DNA from: Hydrolagus affinis
Lineage: Eukaryota
Length of the DNA: 64,000 nt
Assembly (NCBI GenBank): GCA_012026655.1
Contig: JAAILG010001536.1
Location: 1-64,000 of the forward strand
Direction: 5' to 3'
Position numbers and translations under genes: made by a program. The notes under the pieces are model-generated. The model ran no database searches. It had not been told where the DNA came from and saw only the letters and a list, made by a program, of their open reading frames with translations. Shown one piece after another: positions 1-12,500 of this stretch. The first letter of the stretch is position 1. Each line of letters begins with the position of its first letter.

Positions 1-225
1 GTGGAGGGGGGGATGGGTGTGGAGGGAGAGGAAGGGATGGGAGGGAGACAAGAGGGGAGAGGATGGGGAGTGAGAGGAGGATGGGAAGGAGAGGAAAGGG
101 GGGGTGGTGGAGAGAGAGAGGGGGGGTGGTGGTGGGAGAGGAGAGGAAAGAAGAGAGGGGACGGAGTGGGGAGGGAGAGGGTGGGATGTGAAAGGAGGGA
201 GGGAGAGAAGAGGGGAGGGGGTGGG
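1..225. repeat. G/A-rich low-complexity purine tract
   Basis: Almost only G and A with many GGG runs. Confidence 0.85.
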
Positions 226-499
226 TTACCTAGTGACAGAACACAGTCAGTGTGTGCGTGTTGTCACTTCCCTGTGTGCAGCAGCGCCTGGGTTTCCTGG
301 TGTGTGTCGGTGGGAGTGTCCGGAGTGAGCCGAGTGTGGTGTCACCCCCTTTAGGGTCCGGGTAGAGAAAAAAAAACCTCCTCCTCACCCCCCTCCCCCC
401 CCTCCCCAGTGTAAGCTGGGACTGTGGCCGCCGCTCACTGATCGTCTCTCTCTATCTCTTTCCCTCCCTCCCTCCCTCGCTCCCTCCCTCCCTCCACAG

Positions 500-583
500 G
501 TTTGTCAGGAGCCGAAGAGTGAGAGCGAGTGTTGCGGTAACATCAGGGAGTTCCTCAAGGGATGTGTGGCGTTACAGATCGAG
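500..583 (+). CDS. ARHGEF6: ARHGEF6 exon 2 (CH domain)
   Basis: ccacag|...|gtgagt; 84 nt, [28 protein letters not shown]. Confidence 0.9.
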
Positions 584-3500
584 GTGAGTCTGATTCCTTA
601 CCCCCCCCCCTCTTCAACACACACAGACATGGACACACACACACACACACTGGCTTTAACCCCCCCCCCCCCCACCCACAAACACACACACACTCCCCCT
701 GTCCCTCTACACAGCGCCCCTCAGGCCAGGCCTTGGCTGCCAATTGTCCAAACAAGTGTTGGTGGGGTGGGGGGGGAGGCGGAGTGTATGTGTGTGTGGG
801 GGTGGGGGGAAAGGGTGGTTGTGTGTGTGGCGGGGGGTGGGGGAGGAGGTGGGGAGGTGAGTGTGTGTGTGTGTGGGGGAGGAGGTGGGGAGGTGAGTGT
901 GTGGGGGTGGGGTGAGTATGTGTGGAGTGTGTGTTGTGGGGGGGTGTGTGTTGTGTAGGGTATAAGCGCTCTGAGACGCTGTTCGGCATGGAGGGCGCTA
1001 TATAAATCGAAGTTGTTGTTGGTATATGTGGTGGGGCTGAGTGTGTGTGTGTTATGTAGGGTATGTTTGGTGGGTCTGGGTGTGTTTAGGGTATGTGTAG
1101 TGGGGCTGAGTGTGTGTGTTGTGTAAGGTATGTGTGGTGGGACTGTGTGTGTGTTGTGTAGGGTATATGTAGTGGGACTGAGTGTGTGTGTTGGGTGTGT
1201 GTGTGTGTGTTGGGTGTGTTGTGTAGGGTATGTGTGGTGGGGCTGAGTGTGTGTTGGGTGTGTGTATGTTGTGTAAGGTATGTGTGGTGGGGCTGAGTGT
1301 GTGTTGGGTTTGTGTGTGTTGGGTGTGTGTATGTTGTGTAGGGTATGTTTGGTGGGGCTGAGTGTGTGTGAGGTGATGATGGGGGGGGTTTGGCGGTGAC
1401 AGTTGTTGCCTCTTCCTTTGTCCCACCCAGTGGAGTTGTTGGAGTTACTATATGGGGCTCCTGCTTTGACTTCCAGTTCCCAGCCCTCCTGCTTTTCAAG
1501 CTCTGATACGTGTGTGTGTGTGTGTGTGTATACACGTGTGTGTGTGTGGTGGGGGTAACAAACTGTATATACAGTTGGAAGCCTTCAGCAACACTTTATT
1601 TCACCGATGGGAACTTGACACTCACCACCACAGTGGAGAAGTGAACTGGTAAAAGCAAGAAGTGGTGGTTCGCTCGGTGAGTCCAAGGCTCCAAAAAGCC
1701 AATGTTTGAAAGAGGAACAAAGGCTGCCTTGAAGACGCTTTGTTTTATGCATTCGATTTAAACGATATCTTCATTTCATTGATTCTGGGCAATCTCGTAC
1801 AGAAAAGATCAGTGTTTGAGACAAATCCATTTGGTCATTTCATTTTCCTTGAGTGCGTGCATATTAAACTATGAAATGTTTTGGTTTTCCATGCTGTCTG
1901 GAAGCTGTGTTCACTTTGTTGAACTAAGACTTCATCTGCTACTGATTTTAAAGAAGCTTGGTGACTGATAACATTTGAAGTCTGCAGTTACAAGGAAATG
2001 CTTCCTGATGAGGCTCGTCATTGATGTGATCTCTTTTATAGAGGATTTTACTCCTTTTAAAATTGGACACATGGGAGATGTAACTGGTTAAGGTGGTTCT
2101 CGTTACCCTGCATTGCTTTAACACTATTACATTCAAATACATGTGGAAAGATGTATGCAGAAGAAAGATGGTATGTGTAAATTAAAAGCTGTAGGCATCT
2201 CTTGCATAATCTATTTTTAACATGAATTGTTTTTGAACTTGTCTGACTTGGTTATTAATTGTCCAGTATTTTTAAAAAAGCAGGATAATCATGATTGATT
2301 GGAGAGTCTTGTAAGCTTAATGGTCAGACCACGCGCCTCACCACTGGTTTTGATTCCCTGGCAGGGCAAAACATTGGGAAAGTTTCCTTACTCCTCACAT
2401 AGCTGTTTTCCTCGCCACAACCTGGTTGTTTGTTGATTGAGGATTGCTTTTCCGAGCGTAATAATCTCCCTAAAAAAAACTTAATCCATGACTTTGTGTC
2501 TCACTCACAATATAGTTAATTCAATTATGGTAGATTCTGTGAAGCAAGCAGTTTGAGACATCTCGGAGATGTGATAAGGCGTGATATCAATGGCAAGGAT
2601 TATTATTATCTTACGAAATTAAGCATGTAGAACAACAGACTTTTAACATTTGAGTTTCAGAAGCGTACTCATCTGAACAATGGAGACTTTTCTGGGGAGC
2701 AGAGTGTTTTGCTGGCAATTTATCAAATATTTATTGTGATTTGTCCAATGTTAGCATACACTGTTCCTGTATATTCTAGAGTAGCAATATTCAAATGAAA
2801 CATAATTTCATGGGAGATGCTTGCTGGTGACTGTCATTAATGTTTGTTTTCTCCACTAAGAAAAACAACTGAGTTAATTGTAGTGAAACAAACATCCAGC
2901 TGATTTGACATCCTCATCGTTCAATACAATACAATTTATATAGCACCTTTCAGATCGGGAGGATGCTTCAAAGGACTAAACACTGTTGTCTGGGCTCCCA
3001 AGCCAAGTGGTGGGAGCTGAAGAGAGTTGGGAGTAGAATTATACTTTAACTTCTCCTGCAACTCTGAATTTCTGGCACAGCTGAGTGACCAAGGGATTTC
3101 AGGAAATGATGCGAGTCCGAGTCAACCGCAGTTTGCTTTTGTATGAATTTTTCACGTATTAGTTCAAGAGAACTTTGGTGATGTTTGGAGGTGTTGGTGG
3201 GGGGAAGGAGAGAGTAGAGAAGAACTGGACTTTGCAGTCTTTCACATTACAAAGTATCTCTCTGGAGATTTTTATGAATATCAAATGCACTCGGTGCTTT
3301 GACTCCCACTGAAAAAGAGAATTGAACTTCTGATGAGATTTGCTTCTGCGTTCTGGTCTACAGAACCACCAAACGTCTTGGTCACTGCTGGAACAGATCC
3401 AGTCTGTGCCTTAACTGAATCTTTGTCATTTGTGTTTATACTTGAGCTTTCTTTTTATGACTTCAAAGATCGATACATTTTTGGACGAGAAATCTTTGAT

Positions 3501-6500
3501 TCGCTTTCCAGTCATGTAACTCACTGGGTTCTGTGGCGCAGAGAGATGTAGGTAAGCCTCGGGCAATGGATGTTTTGTAGTCAGCGGCTGACGGTAACCT
3601 GGGGTGATTATTTTGAAACTAAATTCCTGTCTCAGTCGTTTATGAATTGTGCAATTCTTGTGACCAGAATGCCTGAAATGTTAAAATAGACCTCTGCGGC
3701 TATCACAAAAAGAAAGGTTTATGCGGATTTTGTTGCTTTTTCTTACTCTTTTTATCCTCGATTAAGTTGCTAGAGTTTGGATCTCACTCTGGCTCAGTTG
3801 TATGTTAGAATGTGACCGTTCTAGCCTAGAAGCAATTGGATGCACTTGGTTAGCATTTCTTCACTGCATTGTTTTTCTTTGCTAATAGTCTCCAAAGGGA
3901 ATCTTCAATCTGTTGGGTAACTGGATTCATTGTCTCTGTCTGAAATAAACAAAATATTTATAATCCTCTATAATTTTTTAATATATAAACTCGCAGATAA
4001 ATGGTTACTTCAGCTAGGGTTAAAAAAGAAGATAATTCTCTTATTGATGAGACGAATCCCAACAAACTTCAGGGAAGGATTGGATGGAGAGAAGAACAAT
4101 AAATTTTGAAACATTGTCTTTTTGAAATTACATTATATATTTGTTTAATGTTAAGTGCCGTATTCAACACAGATAGCTTTGGGTTTTGAGGTCTGGAAAG
4201 GCGTGACGTGAAAAGGTGCTATGTAATTTTGTTGTTGTTGTTGAAGGCTGATTGGAGAAAGACTCCCCATAGCACTAAAGAATGTGATGATGAAATTACC
4301 TTATACAGTGATAGATCCTGGGCTGATCAGTGGCAAACAAAGTTAAGGATAGAAAAATGCAAGGTGATGGGAGTCAAAAGTGGAGGACGGTGGTATGTGT
4401 AATTATTGTATTTAACTTGCCAAAGGGGAAGTGAAGAGATCTAGGGATATTTGTTGACTCATATGACCCTCCATGTCTAAATAGTGTGAGGTAGCAGTCA
4501 ACAAAATGAACAGTATGTTGGGTTAAATTGCTGAATTAATTTAATGCTCTAGAAGTTATGCTGAAGTTATACAGTATTCTGTTGCCTGGAGTATGATATA
4601 TTTAAAAAACGACATAATCTCTAATAGACTTAGAGTGTGTACAAAGGCAAGTATTATGAGGAAGTTTGGAGAGATCAGGAAAGGGAAACAATTGTTTCTG
4701 TCTATTTTAGGGAAAAATCCTTATGCTGAGCAAGCATTGAATGTTTGAAGGAAGGGGAGATTTCCTGTGCAAATGAATAGGGATATCTGTGGTATGTGAC
4801 AGACCTGAAGTAAATGTGGTTCAGTTGTGAAACACAGCAACCTTCCATCAAGTCATGAAATCAAACAATACATTTTAATTTCAGCAATTGGTGGTGGAGT
4901 GGTAATGAGAGAAAGATTTGGATATATTAACGTTTACTTTGGAGTTTCTTTGTAATTTCACATATTTTCTATTGTAAACTAACTGAAAAGTTAAGTTTCA
5001 AACAGTGGAGTCTGTAGCTCAGTGGTTAGAGCACTCGCCTTACAAGCGAGAGACCCGAGTTCAATACTAGGCAGGGCGAAACCTTGGGCAAGTTTCCATA
5101 CTCCATATGCCTAATAATAATCCCTCAAAAAAAACAATAATAAATTGGTAATTTCAATCCACGGTTGTTTGTAGGACACAGCTGTGTGCAATTGGCTGCT
5201 GCGTTTCGTCTACAAACATACAGTCAATTCACTTTGCAGTATATTCTGTGAAGCGCTTTGAGAAGTCTAGAAGATGTGAAAAGTGCTATATCAAATGCAA
5301 GGATTACTGTTAATTATTATGTAAAAAGGAAACGTTTGGTGATTTGCTAAACAATAGAGTAGAATGTTTTTTGGCTGCGTTTAGCTTCTGATGATATATT
5401 GAGATTCTTAGAAGTACTGTATATGGTAACATTTGCTGAATACTGTAGTTGGGAATTGTGGGGGTAGGGACTTGTGAGCAACTCATTGTACATTTCCCTA
5501 TATTTATCATTTTTTTTAAAAATCTACACAATACCGAGCAAGTCCTTAGACTGCGAAAAGATCCAACATGTCAAAGCAATTTACTTGTCTGTTACTGACA
5601 TTGCAATTTAGGCCCAGAGGCTGAATTCAAATGCATTTCAGAATGTAATTGGAATGAGCCAGAGTAGCTCTGACAAACATCAATTAATAGAAGTTTTTTT
5701 TTGAAATCATGGTTGACTTATTTTTCTTTAGGTGACAGTGATTCCTGAAATGGTCTAGTGTAAATAGTTTGTATTTTTTAAAAATATCAGCAGCTTACCT
5801 CTGTATTTACTCGTTGTGCCCTAATGGTAAGACTGAAGATTATCCATTGTCAGTTTTTATGGATTCCTAATACCTGTATTAGAATTTCTTGGTAATCATC
5901 TGCAGGTTTTCTTGTTATTAAAAATCAATCCTTTGTGTGAACATTGTGGTTCAAGGACAAGGGCAATAGTGGCTGCTACAAGAATACAAACCAAAAATAT
6001 CCTCCAGCAAAAAACAAATTATATGTAGCATAACAAAGTAATATAATAGAACAATACAAATTTACATTTATGCAGCGCAGAAGTTGAACATGTTTTATTT
6101 GTGGTCATTGCAGTTAGAGTGTAGATCCCCCTTTGTTGGAAGGAGACCAGAACCAAAGGTGGGGGAATAAAGCAAGTCCACAAGAAACCCAGGGAATGTA
6201 AGATCAGAGATTGGTACCCGAATAAATAGATTTGATGAATATTGGATTTTAGTTATTAAAACCAAACTCTCTGTTTAGATTAAACAGGCAATTTAATATG
6301 TCATATCAGCTGAGAAGGCTCCTGAATGCCCCATGGGTTGCATTTAGTTTGTGTCATCAGGTCCAGAACTAGTGCATTTTTCTTTTCTAAGCTAAGTGCA
6401 TTTTCAGTTTATCAGTAAGTAGAGGAGCACTTTGTAAATTCCTTTTAGGTTACCCCTCTGCTTTTTCTTAAAATATACTGTTCAATATGTGTATTGAATG

Positions 6501-9500
6501 ATTTTCAATATAATAGAAACTGCTTCAATTAACTTTCTAATTGTTTATCCTGTGCTGCTGTTTACATATCTGTAGCACAGTAAAACTGCACACGGCAGGC
6601 CAAGCCTTTTAACTGCTATTTGATCTTTTTAAGTTGAACTGGATGTGTATTCCACCACCACCCCCCCACCCATGTAGTTTGTAGTAGAATTAAACAAAAA
6701 TTATTAAGGAGCTTATTTAGATCTAAGGAGTATTTACAAAATGAAATTTAATACAAGTAAACCTCTATTTAGGACGGGGTTGCGTTCCTGAAAAGCTGTT
6801 CTCAGATCGAAACAACCTAAATCGAAACGCAGTTCCCCATGCAGTCCCATTATATAACCTGAGATGCGTTCTTTTCACAAAATTGCGGACCTTAAACCCA
6901 CTAAATAACACACAATATAACACACATAGGCAAGAAGGAGTACTTGGGATAACTGTACAGTTTTGTACTTTAATACTGGCAAACTTTAATACATTCCTAT
7001 GTTTTGATAATCTGCTTGCACCTGTAGCTGTAACGCACCTTGAATTTGCCAGTATATTGTCCTTATTCTGTTTTATAGTAGCCCCCATAGATCTAGCTAG
7101 CCCTAAAGCCCTCCCGATGTCCGTACCTTTTTTGCCAGACTCGATGCACTTTATTACCTCCAACTTAGTGTTTAAAGTGATGACTTTGCAGGGTCTCTTG
7201 CCGCTAGCGGTATTACCGCTGCTCAGTTCACTTACTGCTGTCTCTTCCCGACATGGTGTAAACGCGGTAGAGGCTGTAAATCGCTCAAAGTTGCTCGGGA
7301 ATGTTCAGAAATTACTGTAATATTGACGTGGAGTGGTGTCGCTTCAAAATCAGCTGGCTTTTAAACAATAGCGACATGCTATTGGCCAGTTCAAACGCTT
7401 GGATACACTATATCAGGTGCGAGCGCGATTTACCTGTGAATACACTATGGACGCACCAACGACTGCGATATTCAAAATATGTACTGCGCATGCGCAAGAA
7501 AAATTTTGTTCGTCAAAACGAAACCAAGTGTCCTATATCGATAAAAAGGTGTTTAAAAATTATGTTCATTCAATCGAAATGTCCTAAATAGAAGCATCCT
7601 TAATCGAGGCTTACCTGTATTTATAATAATCCTTGCATTTGATATAGTGCCTTATTACATCTTCAAGACATCTCAAAATGCCTCACAGAATATACTGTAA
7701 AGTGCATTAACTATATATTTTGTGAGAGAAGCATGACAGCAAATTGCACACAGCAGTATCCCACAAACAGTCATTTATTGAAGTGACCAATTTTTTTTGA
7801 AGGAATTATTACCCCCCGGAAAAGCGATCCTCCAATCAACTAACAGCCAGGTTCCTACTTACTTCTAGCTAAATAGAGGTGTGGAGTAAGGAAACTTACC
7901 TAACATTTCATTCAGCCAAGAATCAAATCTAGGTCTCTTACTTGCAACGTGAGTGCTCTGAGCACTGAGCTACAGTACTCCATTTATTTGGTTGTGGGGA
8001 ACGCAGAAAGACCAGATTTCCATGTAGTTAAATAAGTCTAATACAGACATCTCCTGTTTTATGAAACTGGTTGGAAGTGGCTTTCCAAGATTAGTTGCAG
8101 GAGAGAATTATTCTTGCCACAAAAAGCCCAGCAAAACAATTTGGAGTTGTACTTGAATAGCTTTTTAATCATTGACCAGTTTCAGTTGAACAAGATCTGT
8201 AGGAGTTTGGGTGACTAATCTGAAAAGCATTCAGCTTGTACATTCACCTTCCAAAAACATGGCCTTTGGCCTCAACAAGTCTGAACTTTTTTTTTGCTAG
8301 AATGGTAAACCTTATTAATTGCCGTTTTATCCTACTTCTCAATTCTTTAACATGTCATTTTGTATTTGGTTACCTCTTGAGCTCATTTAAGCCATTTATT
8401 TCAGAGAACTTCCCTGGTGACTGATTGCACAAGTTCACTATGACCTTTTTTGTGTGAAATCTGCTTGACTTACTAATAACTTCCTAATTTTGTGTTCTCT
8501 TTCTGCCTCCCCCAGTGTGTTCAAACATTTTGCTACAATTTGTACGCTTTAACAACCCCTTTCATAATCTTAAAAATTTGAGAGATTCTTTTGGTCTAAT
8601 CAGCGCTAAAAGTTCCAGCCACCTTCACTTATTTTGGGGTTTCCCAATCTTTTTTAGGTTTCTTCCCTTCTTGTTCCAACTCTAATGCGCTTGTTCTGAG
8701 AAAGTGTCCACAAGTAACTTTATTAATTAAGGAGGTCCTGGAGCAATGAGTTTGAAGACATATGGTAAAACCCATGAAAGGTATTCGAAAAATAATTGTG
8801 GTCAAATATTCTAATGTTATAAAAATCCAAACTTCTAATTTTATATTTTTGCTCAAAAATTGTCGTAGAACCCTTCAAAATGGTGGTGTTATTTGGTTCC
8901 GCATTGTCAGAGAAATACATTGGGGTTTTAAATTTTGATTAAGGGCAATTCAAGATTCTTATTTTACGCAAACAATTGATTGCTAATTATTATTAGATAT
9001 TGCATCTTTGTACAGACGTTTATAAAATTGTTAGCCGATCATTGTTGAAACTTCTGTTCAATATACAGGAAAGCTTGGGCCTTCTCATCAATCATTTGTG
9101 TTTAAGTAAAAATGCTTGATGCTTAAGACCTTAATTTAGAAATTGGTATTAACTTAATACAGTATACCCTTATTCTTTTAATGAGGAATACAGCAACTGC
9201 CTGAAGAAGCAAGTAGTTTTTTTCTTTTATTGTGACTGATTTTTGACATTTATTATTCTGACTGATGAGTCAATGCAAGTAATGTGATTACTGTACTGTA
9301 TTAACAATTTAAATGACTTACTTTGTTGCTAAATATGAGGCTGCTTTTTGTGTATGACCTTGATTTAAGTTTTCTTTTCCATTCTTTCCTAGGAAACATT
9401 TGAGGTCTATGACCTGTATAGAGGGCAGAATATTAGCAAGGTTTTGAATACCCTTTCAGCTTTTAACAAAGCAACTGAAGGTAAGATGTGATTACCTGCA

Positions 9501-12500
9501 TGATTCTAAAGAATTCACCTCCACAGTTCAAGTGCTTTTTTTGGGGAAGAAATAAGTTAATTGGTTGGTTGAAATCATCCACGTGTACATCTTGCTGTCT
9601 AAATACTATTTGAAGATCTCCGTGTCAAAACTTACACTGGTTGAGTCGAGAATCACGCATTTAAAAAGGGATGTTAATAACTTACTGTAAGTAAACTGCT
9701 GAATTTTTTTTTAAAAAGAAGTTGGACTGAATGAAGAGTTGGCAATTTGCCTTTTATACACTATCTGTCATCGTGCATTTACATGAAGCAAATTTGCCGC
9801 TTGGTTTTGCTTTGCATTTTTTCAAGATTGCATGCACAATTAAACCTGGTTGTTTAAAATGGTCAGTGCCTTCACTTGTTCTCCCTCCAAAAAAAATTTG
9901 CAAAGCAATATGTTGTACAAGCTTGACTGCACACCTTGTAACTGTGGTGATTCCACGAGTAAACACCATCACAATTTTAGCTCATACAACTTAGTTGGTT
10001 CAATTGTGGCAATCTCACTTTAATGTATGTGTGTTTTCCAGACCTGAAAGGTGCTATACAAATGTTATTTGTTGCTGGTGTTTTGTAGTAAAATCATTTA
10101 AATATAGATGGGATAGTACATGGATGATTTTGATTATTTCTATCATAGTTTACACTGTTCTAATACTTTTGAAGACTGAAATACTACAGTAGTAGTTTGT
10201 TCCATTTACTGTGATGTGAAGTAAACAACAACCACAAGAAACCTTAGACCTGAAGTTATTACTTTGACTTCATTGCAATAATAGAGGATCCACCACAAAA
10301 AATGACAAATTATCAACAACAACACAAGTTACACTTGTATAGCACCTTTCACATCAGGAGGACGTCCCAAGGTTACTCTTGTCATGTTTATAAGAATAAA
10401 CGAGGAGCTGAGCCATGGAGGCAGATGTAAGGCAGAAGCTGGGTAAAATGATCTCCTGTGACAGTAGTTAATTTAGTGCTTTGATGGTCATTATCTTCTG
10501 TCAGTACATGCACTGTTTACTGTTGTATTTAGACCACTTATGTTCCATTGCACATTTTTACTGCCAAGAGTTAATATCAGATTCATAATTCATGTGTGAA
10601 GTCATCCCTGACCATAACAATTTTGTTACTTGAATTTTAATGATCCAAGGGGGAGCTGTGAGGTTATTTATCCGTGAATTGTGACTGGAGGAAAAAGATG
10701 TTGAGATGGGTACGAGGGAGAAATGCATATAAAAATGAAACATTTGCTTTTTGAACTAGCTATTACTTGCACTCATTTAATTCTTTTTTAACTTTCTGTA
10801 GATTCCTAGTAATCCCAACATGAGTATTCTGTAAATGCAATTATTAAAGATATAATCACAAAATAATCTGAAGCTTTCAAATATATTAATCATTTGAATT
10901 GGGAAACAACAAAATTTGTATAGTGCCTTTCATGTCGGGAGGACTTCCCAAAAGATGTAGACGAGCATATGAAACCCAATCTATAACCCGTGAGTAATTT
11001 TAAATTGTAAGAACTACTTGGAATTGCACAATAACCTAATGTAAACTTTTTTTTGCTTCCCAAATTGGCTTTGATATGTCATCAATAACACAGCAACAGT
11101 GAGTTTAAAATGCTCATTCAATCACATTTTACATTGCAACTAAAATAGTTACAAATCTTACTCAGGAAAGAAGACACAGTGAACCAAAATAACTAATGAA
11201 TGTTAAAATACATTCAACACAACATTCTATCCCACATCATCGGTATTTTAAGGCTGATTTTGATGTGAAACCATTAAAGTAACATTGTTTCTTTGGAGTT
11301 ATTCAAGAACTCCACCACTGTTTCTGAAGACCTTATTTATATATTCACGGCATAAAAATCACGCATCGCCACATAGATCATTTTATATCTAAGTTCAGGC
11401 TTTAAAAATAGCTCAAGTAATGTGAACCAATTTTGTTGTGAGCTTTTTCCTTTGGGAATTTGCAGCTCCAGATCAACTGTTTGGAACAACAACAAGAATG
11501 AATAAAAACGATAATTTGCATTTACATAGCGCCCTGCACATTAGGGCAGCACCTCGGACAATTCAAGGCAATAGAGGTGGCGTTCACCATTTGAAATTTA
11601 CCAAACCAGCATAAAACACTGAGGAAGTAAGGATGGAGGGAGGAAATGGAGAACCACTGTGATAATATTCTGATCATATAACAGAGTACCAACAGTCAAG
11701 ATGAAGATTTTCATATTAAACAGTACATTGTTAAATCTAGAGAATTTGGATAAATCTGCAAATGGTACCATGTAATTAAGTAAGTGAAGTGAAGCCATTA
11801 CTTGGATTTATTGAGCAGATTCAAGCTCCTAGAATATTAGAATCTGGAATTTCAAAGCTATGATTTGTTTTGGATCATTGGCAATGACTGCCATTGAGGA
11901 ACGTTAGTTCCTTATCCAGAACTTTGTCAGATGATTCTTGGCACAGTTTCACAATAACATGCGCCAAAAGAGTCTAAATGAAGTGAAAGAACTCAATGAA
12001 CTTAAATTAAGTTAACGGTGAAGCTTAATGACTGCTAATAATTCAGCTCCTTCACACTTTTAGCTTCAAAGAATGTTTCGTATAATTAATGCCAATTTTC
12101 AATATGGAAAATGTATCCTCTTAGTGAAACTTTACTCCAAATATATATTTGTCTCCCTTCAGGAAAAAGTGGTTGATCATGTGGGCTTGCATCTTGCTGT
12201 CTATAGTATAGCACAGGAAATGAAAGACTTTTCTGGTGCACACTTGTCTGTTTCGAAGCTGAAACTACTAATTGTTTTTTTAAAAATGGCTGTGTGCGTG
12301 TGGTGGTTTGTTGCTAGTTATCTTTATTTTTTCTGAAATACTATGTGATGTTAACTATGGGTTTAATCATATTACATTGAGCAGTTGGCAATAACACATT
12401 AAAGGGGGTTTGTAAACTGTACACTTGATAGAGCCCTTCAATGAGAGTGCTGCTAACAAGTTTATGTAGTGACTGTATTTTGTGGGTAAATGAGGCAGCC

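Noticed and set aside
1-1535. Long ORFs rich in G/E/R or H/T/P in the ORF track
   Set aside because: They are translations of low-complexity and microsatellite DNA; only 500-583 has splice sites and homology.
5007-5080. tRNA-Val(TAC)-like sequences here and at 19337, 43177 and 62958
   Set aside because: Each continues into the same SINE body and tail and has mismatched stems, so they are SINE heads rather than tRNA genes.
6883-7591. Plus-strand ORFs of 145, 96 and 62 aa
   Set aside because: They lie inside the Tigger element, antisense to the transposase fragment, with no recognisable product.
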